Shown: one piece after another, positions 23,744 to 37,278 of the stretch
How positions within the stretch are numbered: position 1 is the first letter of the stretch
Layout: each line of letters opens with the position of its first letter
Source: Moniliella sp. 'wahieum'
Lineage: Eukaryota
Assembly (NCBI GenBank): GCA_003971905.1
Contig: RSEE01000004.1
Location: forward strand, 248,001-312,000
Direction: 5' to 3'
Length of the DNA stretch: 64,000 bases
Notes under the pieces: generated by a model
Told to the model about the DNA's origin: nothing
Seen by the model: only the letters and a program-made list of their open reading frames with translations
Database searches by the model: none
Translations under genes and position numbers: made by a program

Positions 23744-25702
23744 AGAGATAATATTGCTGCCCTCGGTTCCGGGTTTTTTATTGGGCTACCAGTGCCACTA
23801 CAACTAACAGTGTGGCATCATACTGCCTTCAATGCCCCAATCGCATTGCATAGACTAACAGCAACGTGGCAGAGACCGACCCCGGTTGCAAAATCCCCTT
23901 TTTCACATCTCGGTGTATACCAGCAATCGTAATCATATGTGCTGATAGTGGGGGCGGCACAGCCAGACACTGCTGTGGGCGCGATCATAAGACACCGTTA
24001 CAACCGGACCCAATCCGACGGCAGGAGTCCTGAGGCCTGAGAGCCATTCAACGCAGCTTCTCAAGTTAGGCCTTAGACCTTAGGTCTTAGGGGTCTCTCT
24101 CATCAATCTTCTTTTTAAAACAATCACTACTGCTGCCAAGGAAGACAACCTTGGCGCATTACTATTACATGTTCCACCCTTATAGTTTTGCTTTCAACCT
24201 TGAGATCTGAGATATCAACACGTTCAACCTTCTACGTGCTCGACGTCTAACGTTCAACACAACGTATCGGCGTATTTCAACGAGATGTCCTGCCCCGACA
24301 GCGAGGCACATTATGCATTAAGTCCGCGCTAAGCGCTAACCCCCCACACTAACTCGGTCTAATAGCCGCCCCATTCGGCCGACCGAGCCGCACTACTATA
24401 ATGCTCTGATGCCTTTGTCCGCAAATAACCCGGTGTCACATGTCATGCATCGATGCATGTCACTGTTACCAAGCATCGCCCAAAAACCAGTGATCATCGA
24501 TCATCGATCAAATGTCATACATCATGCATCAACTACCTTCACTGCTTCAGTGACTAGCTAGAGTGACTAGTGATCTAGTGATGCATGATGCATGATGCGT
24601 GGCGCGACACACATCACCTGTCAGATCTCAGATCTGTCAAAGCCGTCACGCCTCAGCGCGCCGCGGCTGTAATTTATTTGTTTGGGGTACTACGTAAGTA
24701 ATAAAGGACCGAAGAAGTTGTCTTCATTTGAACGGGGAAAAAAGAAGTAGTGATGAGATATAGCCGGGTATGCAAAGAGTATAGCATAGCCAAAACCTCA
24801 TTCATGCGTCATGCATGCATCACGGCTTCCTCTATCTTGTCTCTCTTTACTATCGCATGCACACAGGGTATGTTATCATCGTCATGCCCCTCATATGCCT
24901 CTTCACCATCACGTCATGTGCACCTCCCTCTCCTCAGAGCCTCTCTGAGGCTGCCTGATCCATTCGCGTGGAGTCCGTATTCTCCGTGATACTTAGTCCC
25001 AACAGAACAACTTTTGGGGTGATAAAAAAGGTACGCATCAATCCCCGGGCGATGGCATGTCTCTCATGCATGATGTTACCCTCCATTGCCCCTCCTATTT
25101 GATTGTATAGCACACCGTATCTCTCTCTCGTACATCCGTCGCGCTGTATCTAGTTTATGTGGGAGGGGTCCGCCCTGTGTTGGGATTCAAAATTAGGACA
25201 AAAACAGTATCAACATATGTGGGCCTTGACCGTAACTTAGTAGTGATAGCAGGGCTCCAGAGCCTCACACACACTAGTGCCAGGAACTTGCGACCGCGCT
25301 GCACTTCAAGCTTCAAGCTTCATAGAGTGCCAGTGCTGAACACTGGATGTACTCAGTGTACTCTATGAATCTTGGATCTCAAAGTGACATGTGAGGGGGG
25401 CAATGAACTTCAGCGTTATTGTTTGCGCAGTTGCACGTTGGTTGAGTGCTCAGGCTGAGCGCGCTGAGTAATACTGAGTAGAGATGTATTAAATACCTTT
25501 TGCTATGCAATAATATGTCTGGCCCCAAACTTCACTCTTGAAGCTTTGAAGAAGCTTGAAGCTTGTAAGGGTGCCGCGAATGCGACCATAGCATACAGTC
25601 CCTTAATCTTCGTCTGAAGTATGATCTGGTCATGACCCCAGTATATGTATTAGCAGCGCATGTATCTATGTGCACATGCGTCATACGCTCTCTCTCTGTG
25701 GT

Positions 25703-25883
25703 TGTCACCGAATGATTAAGCTCGCTCCAATTTCCAATTCCGCATCCTGTGTCTCTCGCTCTTCCCTTCCCTTTTGCTTCTGTTCTCTGCCTGATGCCTT
25801 CTGTTTCCTCCCACGAACGATCTTGCCTTTCCCCCCGCCTCTGACAGGACCTTGGTCTCCCTCGTTTAGCCCCGACTGTTACA
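25703..25883. mobile_element. Solo LTR, short family A (181 bp), TSD GTGGT
   Basis: Termini TGTCACCG...ACTGTTACA; GTGGT at 25698-25702 and 25884-25888; similar to copies at 33846, 41274 and 59321. Confidence 0.85.
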
Positions 25884-26953
25884 GTGGTTATCAATTGTGC
25901 TTTGGTTTATCCTATCAAGATTGAGAGTCTTAGTCTATAGCCAATGCTCTGTATCATTGGTCTCTGTTCCCCCAAGCATAAGAAGAGAGTAACAAAAAGC
26001 ATGCTGCATATGACGGCAATAAAAAAGACAGCTGAACTGTTTTCTCCACCCGTTTAGCTGCCGTTTAGGTGGCGCGTGACGGAAGTATCTTCGTTTGTGC
26101 ACGAGCTAGTGACTAGTGACAGTGGCTGACCGGCGCATAGATAAACAAAACCGTCGAGATAGTCGATACGCAGAGAGCGGGGATATGAGTTCCCTCAACC
26201 GTAAATAAAGTATGGAGAAAAACGGGGGAGATTTGTTAATGATTTGGTGTATGACGCATAGTGATCGATGACATGTATCCTCCGAAGATCTGAGGATGTC
26301 TGAGGCTCTGACGCCTGACGCGCTGAACATCCTGAGGCCTGGTGCATCATGATACATGATGCATGATGTGCATGACGCCTATAAGGCCTCAGACCTCACT
26401 GAGGCCTCAGGCTTGGCGCTGCTGTTGAGTCGGAACAATGCCAGTACGTCGCATCATGCATGGTGCATCATGCATCGTAAATCGCTGTCACATCGTCACT
26501 AGTGGGCTGCCCACTCAGTTTGTACTCAGGCCTCAAGGTACGCAGGCGTACAGACCAACTCTGGGTGAGGAGGTGGGATGTGCCTGGGCAGTGCCTGGAC
26601 CTGGCCGTTTTTTTGTCTGGTCTGGTGGTCTGGTGCATGGCGCTGGATGTGCGGCCTGCAGCACGCGGCCAGTCGTGACGCTTGACGCAAGTCGGCCCGT
26701 CCTTCGCCGCGTGGGCCACCCACGGATTTTCGGTCTGGCCGGGACTGGTTAGTATTCACTAGTGACTACGTTCACTGAGCTCAATACTCAATGTTCCCTA
26801 CTCTAAGGCTTGCAAGCTTCTGAATGCTGGTACATCCACTTTTTTGTATAAAAAACAAAGTCTTCCCCCTCCATTTGCTTGTCTGTTTCGCTAACTCCAA
26901 CCACCCAGCAGCTACCCCTGTGCTCCCCCTTCGAGCGCTTCATCTTCTACATC

Positions 26954-28580
26954 ATGCATTCCGAACAGGACCCCTCTGTCCCTCCCCGAACACTTCAGGC
27001 GACGAGTACTCCCCCCCAGAGAAGACTGTGCCTTCTTCTTCCATTGATCTGCCCAGCAGCAAGGGCGATCGCCAAGAGGTGACGAACTATGCCATGCCCC
27101 TGGAGGATGTGAAAGAGACCTCTGACGAGGAGGAGGCGGACGTGTTCACAGGAGGCAATGTGAACTTCCGTACCATGTCCTGGTAAGTACTCTATGCCCT
27201 CTGGCTTGTCTCCAGGAGGATAGCTCAACCATGGTTCAAGTGCTTAGGAGGGTTATACTAACCCCAATACTGTTCTTCCAAAAAAACAGGCCCTCAGCTG
27301 CAGTTCTGATCGCCAAGTTCCAATTTGGTATCGGTGTTCTTTCAATTCCTTCGACATTCTCTTCGCTGGGTTTCGTCCCTGGTCTCTTGTCGCTCTTAAT
27401 TATCTCGGCCATCACCACCTATGGCGGCGTTATTATCGGCACACTGCGTCAACGGCATCCCAACATCCACACTGTTTCGGATTTGGGCCTGATTTTGGGT
27501 GGCAAGGTCTTGCGTGACATCTTTGGTGTGGCATATTGGATCTTGGTCGTTCTCACTGCCGGATCAGGCATCCTTACTGCTTCTATTGCCCTTCAGAATA
27601 TCTCAGCAGGCCATGGTCTCTGCACATTGGGCTACTCAGGTGTGGTAGCCGCTGCTGCGCTAGTCTTGGGCGTTTGGGCCAGGGAGATGCACAAAATTGC
27701 GTATGCTGGCTGGGTGGGGATGATTTGCGTGTTCGCCTCCGTCATGGTCCTCACCATTGCCGTGTTGGTACGTGACCGGCCCGCAAGCGCTCCCCCAGGC
27801 CCAGTGCACAAAGAAGTCAAAGTCATCAACCACGCTGATTTTTACGTGGCCGTTTCGGCAGTGGCAAACCATGTCTTCTCTCTCTGGCCAACGTCACCTT
27901 CTACTCTATTGGGGCTGAGATGAAGAATCCTAAGGACTTCCCCAAGGCTGTCTTGGCCGGGCAGAGCTTCGTGATTGTATGCTACGTCTTTGTCGGCTGT
28001 GCCGTTTACGCTAAGCTGTGGGCAGTGCCAGTCCTGCACTAGGATCGGCTGGGCTCGTTTTCCGCAAGCTTTGCTACTCGATGGCTCTCCCTGGCTTGAT
28101 TGTCTCTGTGATCATTTACACCCACATTGGCGCCAAATGGGTCTTCGTCCGTGCGCTACGTGGCACGCCCCATCTAACCAACTCTGGGTTGTTCACTGGA
28201 CTGCTTGGGTTGGTTCCTACACCGGCTGCCTAATCCTCGCCTGGGTTCTAGCCTGCGCCGTTCCTATCTTTGACGATCTCCTCGGTTTGATTGGCGCAAC
28301 GGTCGGCTCGTTGTTCAGTATTGTCATCACGGGGGTTACGGCATTCTACCTGCTCTCATCGAAGGAGACCGAGAAGCAAGGACGGATGGCATGGATACGG
28401 TCAGCACGGAAAAATGGCCTGTCTTCGCCACTGAAGATGATTGTTCTTACAATTGCCTTCCTAATCATGGCAGGCGGTATTTTCCTTATTGGGGGGGGGG
28501 TCTACGCGGAGGCGGAGTCCCTCGTGCATGTGTACCGTAACCATGACTGGCAAGCCATTTGCTTGCGATAAGCCCACTAA
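26954..28580 (+). CDS. Amino-acid transporter, Aa_trans/AAAP family (Mtr-like neutral amino-acid permease)
   Basis: VNFRTMSW|PSAAVLIAKFQFGIGVLSIPSTFSSLGFVPG...HPNIHTVSDLG...EMKNPKDFPKA...AWVLACAVPIFDDLLGLIGA. Intron 27183-27289 (GTAAGT..TACTAAC..CAG); many hydrophobic segments. Confidence 0.92.
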
Positions 28581-28844
28581 GTAATTTTTTCGAACCCTCG
28601 CATATATGTGATCGGATGGTCGAGATTTGACAGTATATTAGCTCCTCTTCTGGTATTGTTTTTCCCCGACTTTGTTTCCCTTTCACTTCTGTATTATATA
28701 TATTAAATGTACTTCTCGGCATATGTAATGTTACATCAACTCATCCACATCATTCTTCTAGTATCCGTTGGATAAGGGTAGTAATATTAGTAATGAGGAG
28801 AGACTATATGGAGAGACCGGAAATCTCTTGATATTGCTGGTATG

Positions 28845-29489
28845 GGGAATCGACGCGGTTGAAGGGGGATCGCGTGACTGGACGGATGGAGAGCTGTTGG
28901 AAGACGAGGTCGGAAGAGGATACGGAGGCTAACGGAGAGGAGGTTGCCTGTACTGAGAATCAATTGGCTAGGTAACGGGAAGGAGCTGGACAGGTTATAG
29001 GAGGGAAGGGACGAGAAGGGATACGAGAGAGACGAGAAAGGACGAAATGAGCAGAGAAATGACGAGAGGTGACATGGTGAAGGTTAGAGAGGACGAGAAA
29101 ATAGAAAGTGGGGGAAAGATCCCCACCAATCAGGGGTACAGGCTAGATCAAAGGGAAAACGGATTCAATATAGGGGGTGTAGAAAGGAGGACACGCCAAA
29201 AGAGGAGTTGGTTGCCGCAGGCGAACAGAGAAAGAGAAAGGAAGCAGTGACGGAGGCGACAGTCAGCGCAAACATAGGAGGCTTGGTGGCACTATTTACC
29301 ATCCACTTGGACTTGGGCGGGGGGGGGCGCTATCATCGCGCGGACGCATGGCCACTTGGGCCACCATACTTGATTTAACCAACCATCCTCACGCTTTTTG
29401 GACTTCAGGGTGCGCTCTACTGGGCATGTGCAGAGCAGACGGTCCTTAGCTTGGATCGGACCATCTCGGATCCAACCCAGTCCGTAACA
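28845..29489. mobile_element. Truncated, diverged copy of LTR family B (opposite orientation to 61273-62116)
   Basis: Aligns by eye to the reverse complement of ~61273-61850 (gacgaggtcgga, tgcctgtactg, caattggct, aaagatcccca, cgctctactgggcatgtgc, tcggaccatctcg); ends ...ccgtaaca at 29489. Confidence 0.8.
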
Positions 29490-30163
29490 ATATATGCGGT
29501 TTCATTGTCGTAGTACAATATATAGAGGACGACGTCGGAAGGGTAGCTCCTTCTCGACTCCGTTCTACAGCAACACTGTCTCCAGTCGGGGAAACCACGC
29601 CGTTCCAATGGGCAGATGGTATCTATGTTGTTACGCAGGGGCGCATACGTACTACAGTCCAGTGCCCGACGAGACAACGAGGAGAAGGAGACGAGGGAAA
29701 AAACCTAATACCGTCCTGTGCGAGAGGAGTGAGAAAAGCTGAATACACAAAAAGGGGTTATAATAGCAGTTGACAGAGGGACGAATGGAGGACCGGATAA
29801 GTCAAGGGCGATCAGACGTAAAGACGAGGGAAGACAGCCAAAAGCTTCAAGGACGGACTGAGCGATGAACGTATATGAACGCCCGTTTCGTTTTTGTTCC
29901 CAAAACCTCTCGGGTCCAAACGTAAACTCTATGCAGCCGTATGGCCTTAGAGCCCCAATGGCACTAGGCCGCTGACAGCAGGTGCTTCCGAAATGAAGCA
30001 GGATAAAAACTTTCACATGTGCGTATGGCGTCGGCGCTCCAATTTCAAAACGTTACCACCATCATCAACCGCGTTGCTTCATTTCACCTGGGCCACGCAA
30101 CAAGCTTGACACAGCCATCCACCATCAACTGCATCAACAGCCAGAAGCCCTCTCTCTTCACTC

Positions 30164-32028
30164 ATGCCGAGCAAGCGTTCCGCTGCTGCTCCCCCCACCA
30201 GGGTAACAAGCGGGCACGCACCCACGTGGGAAACGATGAAACCTCGAGAGGAGTGCGTACTCGTCGCCAACTGCTCGACAACCCCGACTCGGAATCGGGC
30301 AGTGAGAGCGGTTCTGAGTCTGAGGCAGCCGAAACCTCGGACAACCAACAAGCCGGAAAGGCGGAGAAACTACTCTCCGCTCTACCCCCCGAGCACGTCG
30401 AGGCATGTGTTGGCCAGGCCAAGTTGCAAATCAAATCCGCTCTAAGAGCTCCCCACCCCACAAACGAGAAGGGCCAACACACACTTGACGGTCTTTTTTC
30501 TGCTTTGCTGAGGGGAGAGAGCAACTCGGCCATGCTCCTCGGTCCACATGGGACGGGAAAAACTTCGGTACGTATCGATTTTGCATTCTATGTTAATCCA
30601 GCTAATTGATAGCCAGGCAATTCAAGCTGCGATTGAGCCAAGGCGAAGTAAGCTCCACGTCGTGCGACTGCACTCGACACTCCATCCCAACGACAAAGTC
30701 GCGGTGCGTGAGTTGGTGCGGCAATTGGTTACTGTAGGCGCCTTGGCTGAGCTCTATGCTCAGGACTTGGCCGACTTTGACGATGAGATTCCGGCTGCCG
30801 ACTCCCAGGGGGGATGAAGAGGAGGAGGAGGAATTAGAAGAAGAAGAGTCCGACGATTCTCCCCTGGAATCGGACGACGAAGAGGTCGCGCACATGACCA
30901 AGCTGCGCCAGAAGCGGCAGCAGGCCCGTGAGGCGGCTAAGGCCGCCGCAGAAGACTCAATCCTTGCATCGGTGTCCACTGCTACCGCTCATCTACTCTC
31001 TCTCTTGGCCAAGCCCGCTGCAGAGGCAACCGATAAGAACAAAAACCGATTGTGATTGTGCTCGACAATATGGACGAGTTTGCACTTCGACCCAAGCAGG
31101 CACTTCTTTATGTCCTGTTGGATGCAGTACAGGCCTCCTCCTATCCCCTGGCTTGCTGATTTTGGCCACCTCTACAAGGGGGGACACTTTGGACCTCCTC
31201 GAGAAGAGAGTCAAGTCACGATTTTCTCATCGAGTGGTGCATATGCGCCCACCGGCCGACCTTGCGGCCTACACATCTCTGTTCAAGGGCTTGCTCACCT
31301 TGGACTTGGACATCAAGTCTCGCAGGCGTCAGCCCAGAGGATGGAATACGTTTGCCAAAGCATGGAACGAGAAGGTGAAGGAAATTGTTGACCATGTGTA
31401 CGTTCAAGCTTTACTCGCTCATCAGATGGAAACTTCGTGGGACATGCGTACCTTGGGAACTACCATTCTGTGCGCAATGGCGATGCTTTCCTCGCCCCTT
31501 CCAACTGCTGGACTGTTGGCTCGTTCCCTGGTCTTAGGGGACGCTAGGGGAAAGGAGGCTCTGTTACGTACCCTTTCTGTACCCGAGAGCACGCTACTTG
31601 CTGCGGCCTTGCGTGTTTCTCACGTCCGGGGACAAGAAACGTTTACTCTCGCCATGCTTCAAGCCGAGCTTGCTTCATATCTGCCTCCTGACCGGAAACG
31701 AGTCAAGACCGGGATTTCCAGCATGGCAGTCCTTAGAGATACCTATCAGAGTCTCCTCTCTCTTTCTCTCTTTATTCCCGCTGCTGTGGCAAACAATCTC
31801 TCGGATCTACCCAACCTGGTGGCGTGGGTGCCACCCGTCGTTGTGGGGGCACACGTGGGGCAAAGGGCGGGCCGATGCCACTGCTTTTCCTTCCCACTAG
31901 GCTCGCTCTTCTCCCCCGTGACCTCATCTCCTCCCTTTCAGATGAGAAGAGAGTTCCGCTTGATCAGAGATTGGTCAAGTGGGCCCAAAAGAAAATCGAG
32001 TAATGCACCTCTCACGGTGGCGCTGTGA
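30164..32028 (+). CDS. ORC4: Origin recognition complex subunit 4
   Basis: RGESNSAMLLGPHGTGKTS (Walker A), IVLDNMDEF (Walker B-like), KQALLYVLLD, LDLLEKRVKSRFSHR (ORC4 signature). Intron 30568-30616; 3' end approximate. Confidence 0.93.
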
Positions 32029-32408
32029 ACGAGGGGCCAGTAGATGAGCACTGAGTGTAATATACCACCGTTAACATGGCTAACCGGAACACCCACATCT
32101 GGCTTGTTGCGACCCGGTGATTGCACTGCTATGGCATAGCTCCTGTGATTCAGGCCATAATAATAAGATGTGGAGCTGACTTTCGAACATTCTCTGCGAA
32201 GCCAATACCAACGACCCCCTGGGGTCGCGCGATCATCCGGAAAGGGTTCAAAACCATACATTGCCAGACCTGTCAAAACAGCACTGGCGTTCAACGTACG
32301 TCTAATGTTCACTACGCTCGATCACCAGTGGAAACGTAGAGGTTTAGAGGTTGTTCGCTGGAGCCTCGTGGGGAAAATGCTTCGACATACACAAATCTTG
32401 AAAAAAGA

Positions 32409-32495
32409 TTCCCCGACCGGGAGTCGAACCCGGGTCTTGACGGAACTCGCTGATGAGCTGAGAGCGTCACATCATAGCCGTTGGACCATCGAGGA
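32409..32495 (-). tRNA. tRNA-Glu(CTC) with 15-nt intron
   Basis: TCCTCGA TG GTCCAACGGCTATGAT G TGACG CT CTC A [GCTCATCAGCGAGTT] C CGTCA AGAC CCGGG TTCGACT CCCGG TCGGGGA A. Stems pair; T6 Pol III terminator at 32401-32406. Confidence 0.93.
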
Positions 32496-33436
32496 GTATG
32501 CCCAGTGAATTTAAAGGATCTTCCTCTTTCGCTAAGCCGCCAAGCCGCCCTTCTTTATAGTATACCAGGGGAAAGGAGGTTGGAGAGCCGAGAATTGCGG
32601 GATTACCCAACATAGAGCAATCGTCTCTCCGCGCTTCTTTCCTCTACGCCTCTATTCTGGGCCTATAGTCTCGCATTATGTCTTTGAGCCACATCATTTA
32701 TCGCGCGCATTCAGCTTAGCGCTCAGGCTCAGCCCCCATTGCAGGCTCAGCTCTCTGTCCCAATAAAACCGTTGGAGAGAGACGCAAGCCGATATATGGG
32801 GTGCACGATGGGTTAATGGAGTATCCCCTTTCCGAGGGCGATGTGGGAAGCTTGGCAACAAAATCCGGAAGGCAATGCACCTGTTGTAGGACGATGGATG
32901 GGGGGATGAGGGCGAGTAGTCGATCACCACAAGGAGGTGTTGCCTATCTGCGGCTGTCCTACGGTAACTGAGAGGATGATATAATAGCTACTACGCTTTC
33001 TCCAAGCTAAAAGGACAAGATATCTCGCACTGTGAACGTCGGAAACATCGCAGAGATAGCTTCTTGTAAAAAAGCTCGCGAGACGCTATTCCGACCTTTT
33101 GAGTGCAACAGGGAGAAAAAGATGAAGGAGGGAAGCGAGCGCAACGGTACTCAACCCGGAGGGCGCGAGTGGCGAGACGCTGCACAGCCAGTTCCACTTC
33201 CCAGTGACTTGGCCGATAATGCCATACGAAGTGAGATTACATGGCACCATACTCAATAACCTGAGACTGTGATGATCATGTTGTCTTTCTATGGAACCTG
33301 AACAGTGGGACGGATGTCTTGTCGGCAGAGGACGTCCGACTGGGCGATCCCCTCGCCTCATCGTTTTCCTTCTCCATCCCAGTGCTGCCCACTTTTAAGA
33401 GAAGTTGCAGGATAAATTCTGGGGCAGGAGCGCGGC

Positions 33437-34835
33437 ATGAAATGGCGTATATACCTGGGCGGCATTACCCTCTTTTGGGACGAAAGACGGGCTTTACCAG
33501 CCGAGCTGCCAGAATTTTACAAGGAAGAAGACACGTCATGCAGATCTCAGACCTCACCCTCAGTCTGCCAAAGTTCGTCGAACGGGACCGGGAGAGATCC
33601 TGAAGAATGGACTCAAGGTCCTATGGTCAAGTTGTGTAAGAGTAGGAGAAAGGATTGTCGCGGAACGTGGTTCCGAGACCAACTGGCCACACAGCCTGAG
33701 TCAGGACATGCCCAAGTTTGATCGCATCACCGTCAGGGACACTCTTAATTATATGGCGCAGTACAGCACTCAAAAAAGTTGTGCCGTCTGCTCTGTACCA
33801 TGCAGATAGCTGAGGACGATGAGCGCACAGAGTTCAGATGGGTCATGTCACCGATGACTAACCTCGTTCCAATTTCCAATTCTGCATCCTGTGTCTATCG
33901 CTCTTCCTTCCGTTTTGCTGTCTCTGTCCGTGTCTTCTGCTTCCTCCCACAAACGATCTTGCCTTTCCCGCCGCCTCTGACAGGACCTTGGTCTCCCTCG
34001 TTTAGTCCAGACTGTTATACAGGTCTGGAGCAATGGGAACCCTAAATGGTACGAAGGGCGCACTTTCAACTACTATCCTGTAGAACCACATTTAGTTGAC
34101 CCCTCGGAAGTACGCACAACGAATGCATTTACAACTCAGCGCAAGCGCTGTTTCGGGAGATGTGGGAGAAGAGCTGAAAGGAACTGCTCCAGAAGCTTGA
34201 TGTTGCTGTAGTGCTCAACTACACTTCGCCCTCCTTTTATTCCATCAGCCACGGGCCTCCGGCTCACCAAGACAAGCAGGGTCAGCTCGGTCTCCATATC
34301 AGCTCCGCACTCGCTGTGCTGTTCCACGCGCAGCATTGCATGTGCAAGTATGGCTGTGTTTGAGGCACATCGTGATTTGCACCCGAACCCAGTCCAAGTT
34401 TGATGTATTGCATCAGGGGGTGGGGTGCCCATTCTCCAGTTCGTATGCCCTCCATCCCCGACACCCACATTCACAATGAACCGACTGTGGAGGGAAAGGA
34501 TGAGACGAGGCGTGAGATATGAGAGAAGGCAAAATGTGTACTGAGTAGTGTTTGATGACAGAGTGATGCCACCTGGGGCAATGGGAGGATCAGAAATGGA
34601 GGCGGACCACACGTTGCGGGACCGGGGAACGCAGGAGGCGATGTTTTTTGCGTACCGGAGGGTGGTGCATGACAGCGCTCCAACGCTTTTGGAACCCCGT
34701 GAGAAGAAGCTGCTGCGGTTGCGGAAACAAACAGCATGCGACACGAACAGAATTCTTCCCTTTCTTCGTTCTGACGACGCGACAATACTATACCACCAAG
34801 ACGGCGAGCAAGATGTTGGGCACTGGAAGACTTAA
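33437..34835 (+). pseudogene. Hypothetical gene interrupted by a solo LTR
   Basis: Removing LTR 33846-34021 plus one TSD restores ...QIAEDDERTEFRWV|WSNGNPKWYEGRTFNYYPVEPHLVDPSEV. Further protein-like ORFs at 33437-33721 and 34548-34835; boundaries uncertain. Confidence 0.45.
33846..34021. mobile_element. Solo LTR, short family A, near-TSD GGTCA/GGTCT
   Basis: TGTCACCG...ACTGTTATACA; shares long identical blocks with 25703-25883 (ccaatttccaatt, acgatcttgcctttccc, cctctgacaggaccttggtctccctcgtttag). Confidence 0.85.
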
Positions 34836-37278
34836 CAATTGCTGAGTCTCACTGTCGCCGCTCATCGGATGTCTATACTGTTAGACTCACACCGTGCTAC
34901 AGGGCTCTTGCCCCACTAGGCCCGTATGGGCACCATGGGCGTGATTCCTAACAGTTGTGGGAGATCCTGTTGTGTCCACCTCTCGACCGTGTCCCCTTCC
35001 TTCTGAGGTACATGTACCTTATCCGTTCATAGATGTATCCAATCCATCTGCTCCCTTTGTTCCTCTTCCGTCTCGTTTCCTGGCATCTACCCGTTCATTC
35101 GTATCCGCACGCGCTCTAGTAGTACCTCGGATATGGACACGGATGGCGCGCATCAGAGGGTCCTGTGATCTGCTGGCGATTCCCCTGGTTCCCTAAACGG
35201 GTTTGGCACCAACAATTTAAGCAACATACGCCGAGCGAGGAAGTAGGTTATAGGCGCAGCGCGTTTCTTTGTCCCAGCCTCTGTCCATTTGGTATGATTA
35301 CTATAGTGACTGGCTAGCGGGGGGTGTCCTCTGGGGGGGGGATGCATATGGGTAGCGCGAGTGGGTGCCCGTTGCCCGTTACAGAGGCCGTTTCCATGTT
35401 AGTAGTTACTGGATGAGAGTTTGCGACGTTTGCGAGGGAGCAACTTGTGGGTTGCGGGGTGTGGTCGTGACGCGCGCGTCATGGGTTGCGGGTTTTCGTG
35501 AGATCCGAGATACAAATGGCTTATTGCGCTATAGTGCAGCTATAGTGCATAGTGACCAAGCAGGAAAATGAAACGGTCGAGGGCTGCGGGTGAAATTAAT
35601 TGGCATCAATATCAGAGCTCAGGCGCTCAGGCGCTCAGGCGCTCAGATATCATGTGAGACCATGGGGTTGTAGGCTGGACTGGTGCTGGCATTGCAGGAA
35701 AAACTCGGCGAGTAGCTCGCGAAGGTAGGGCGCGTTAGCATGGTTAGCACCAGCACGGGGGCAGGTTTTGCTGTTCCCCGCTTGCAGACCAATTCGCACG
35801 GGCCAATCCACACTGCCCCTATGCTGATTGAAATGGGCGCATGGTGCTTGTGTGTGACATACGTTACCAGAGAAGGGTGTGTGGGTGGTGCCGTGCCGTG
35901 CGGCTGAAACCGTACCCGGAAGTACGCATATACCAGAGGCAAGGGAGTTCGTGAGTACCGAGTACTCGGTGTACTCATGTTCAACGTGTTCAACTGACTC
36001 AGACTGAGTAACTGAGTACGCTAAACGTACGTACTGAACGTCTTGAACGTTGATATAATTTGATCGAGATCGCGGGTGGCGCGTGTTGATGCATGATATA
36101 TGATGCAATGATGCATGATACGCAACATGTAGCATGTGACCTGCGGGGGAAGGAGGGAAGGAGCGGAGGAGGAGCAAAGGAGGGAAGTATTGCAAAGCGC
36201 TAACGGATGAATGTGCCGGTTTCAATGGTGACGGATGTGGGTCGCGGGCAGATGTGATGGAAATACGGAGGGAAAACATAGGCGGAAACTAGCAGCGCCA
36301 CCGCCACCCCTGTGCCTCTCTTGTAGTGAGTATGAGGACATAGGATGGGACTGGACTTCGACGCCACTGACGCGTGTGTGGGCCCAGGGCGACGTAGATC
36401 TAGCATTGCGCTCTCTTTGTGGGTTGTGGGTGTTTTTGCCTCGAGGGATCATTAAATCCGCGCCGGCGCTCCACTACAGCGGCACCCACCGTCTGTTCGG
36501 GCCGTTGTACCCCTTTGCCTGCTGGTGTGGCAGTCCAAAACGTCAGCGTTTACGTGCGTCCTCTATAGTGGAGAGAAATGAGACGATTTGAAGCACAGCG
36601 CGGCTATGTTCCCACAACCCATGGTCATGCATCATGTCTTACTGAAACAGCTTCTTTCAATGGATTGCGCGCGTTACCATATGCCCATGCATACAGCCCG
36701 TCCCGGCCCTCCCTCCAATCCATTCTCGCCTCGTCTTTGCCTCGGGCAGAGATGTGAAGCATATGTGACGGAGTATCTCATGTATATCGCGCTGCTGCTG
36801 CCCCTGGACCCACCATACCTTAGCTTGCTGCTTCGTTAGCCAACAGTGAGATCCCCGTGACCCCGTTTGATACAGAGAGCTGTAGCAGACCACTGTTGTC
36901 GGTGTGGCAATTGCATGAAGTGCGACTGTGGATGCCAGTATTGTTCTGTTCCTTAGGTGACGGTTCCTTTTCGCACTAAGAGATTCTCACGGTGGAGGCC
37001 AGGCCTTGGAGTAAAGAGTATGTGAGTCGCGTGCCTCATGTCTCGCTTGAAGCTTGGAGTCGACCCGTGCACAGTGACCGTGCATGAGATTGCGGTGCCT
37101 GCGGTTCCAAGTTATGCTTGTGTACTGCAATGGGCACGCGGGGTCTTGCCCGTGTGCCTGAGATATTCCATATCCGGTATATAAATCCCTGCAGTATTGG
37201 AGGTGCTAGCGGTCCGATATCCTCATCCCCCGGCGTTCGTTTCCCCTCTCACTTGGCCTCTCATCCGAGTATACCACC

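Noticed and set aside
24751..25214. Possible additional solo LTR (TGATGAGA...TATCAACA); similar LTR-like stretches near 22040-22370 and 34956-35200
   Set aside because: No matching TSD or second copy in the window
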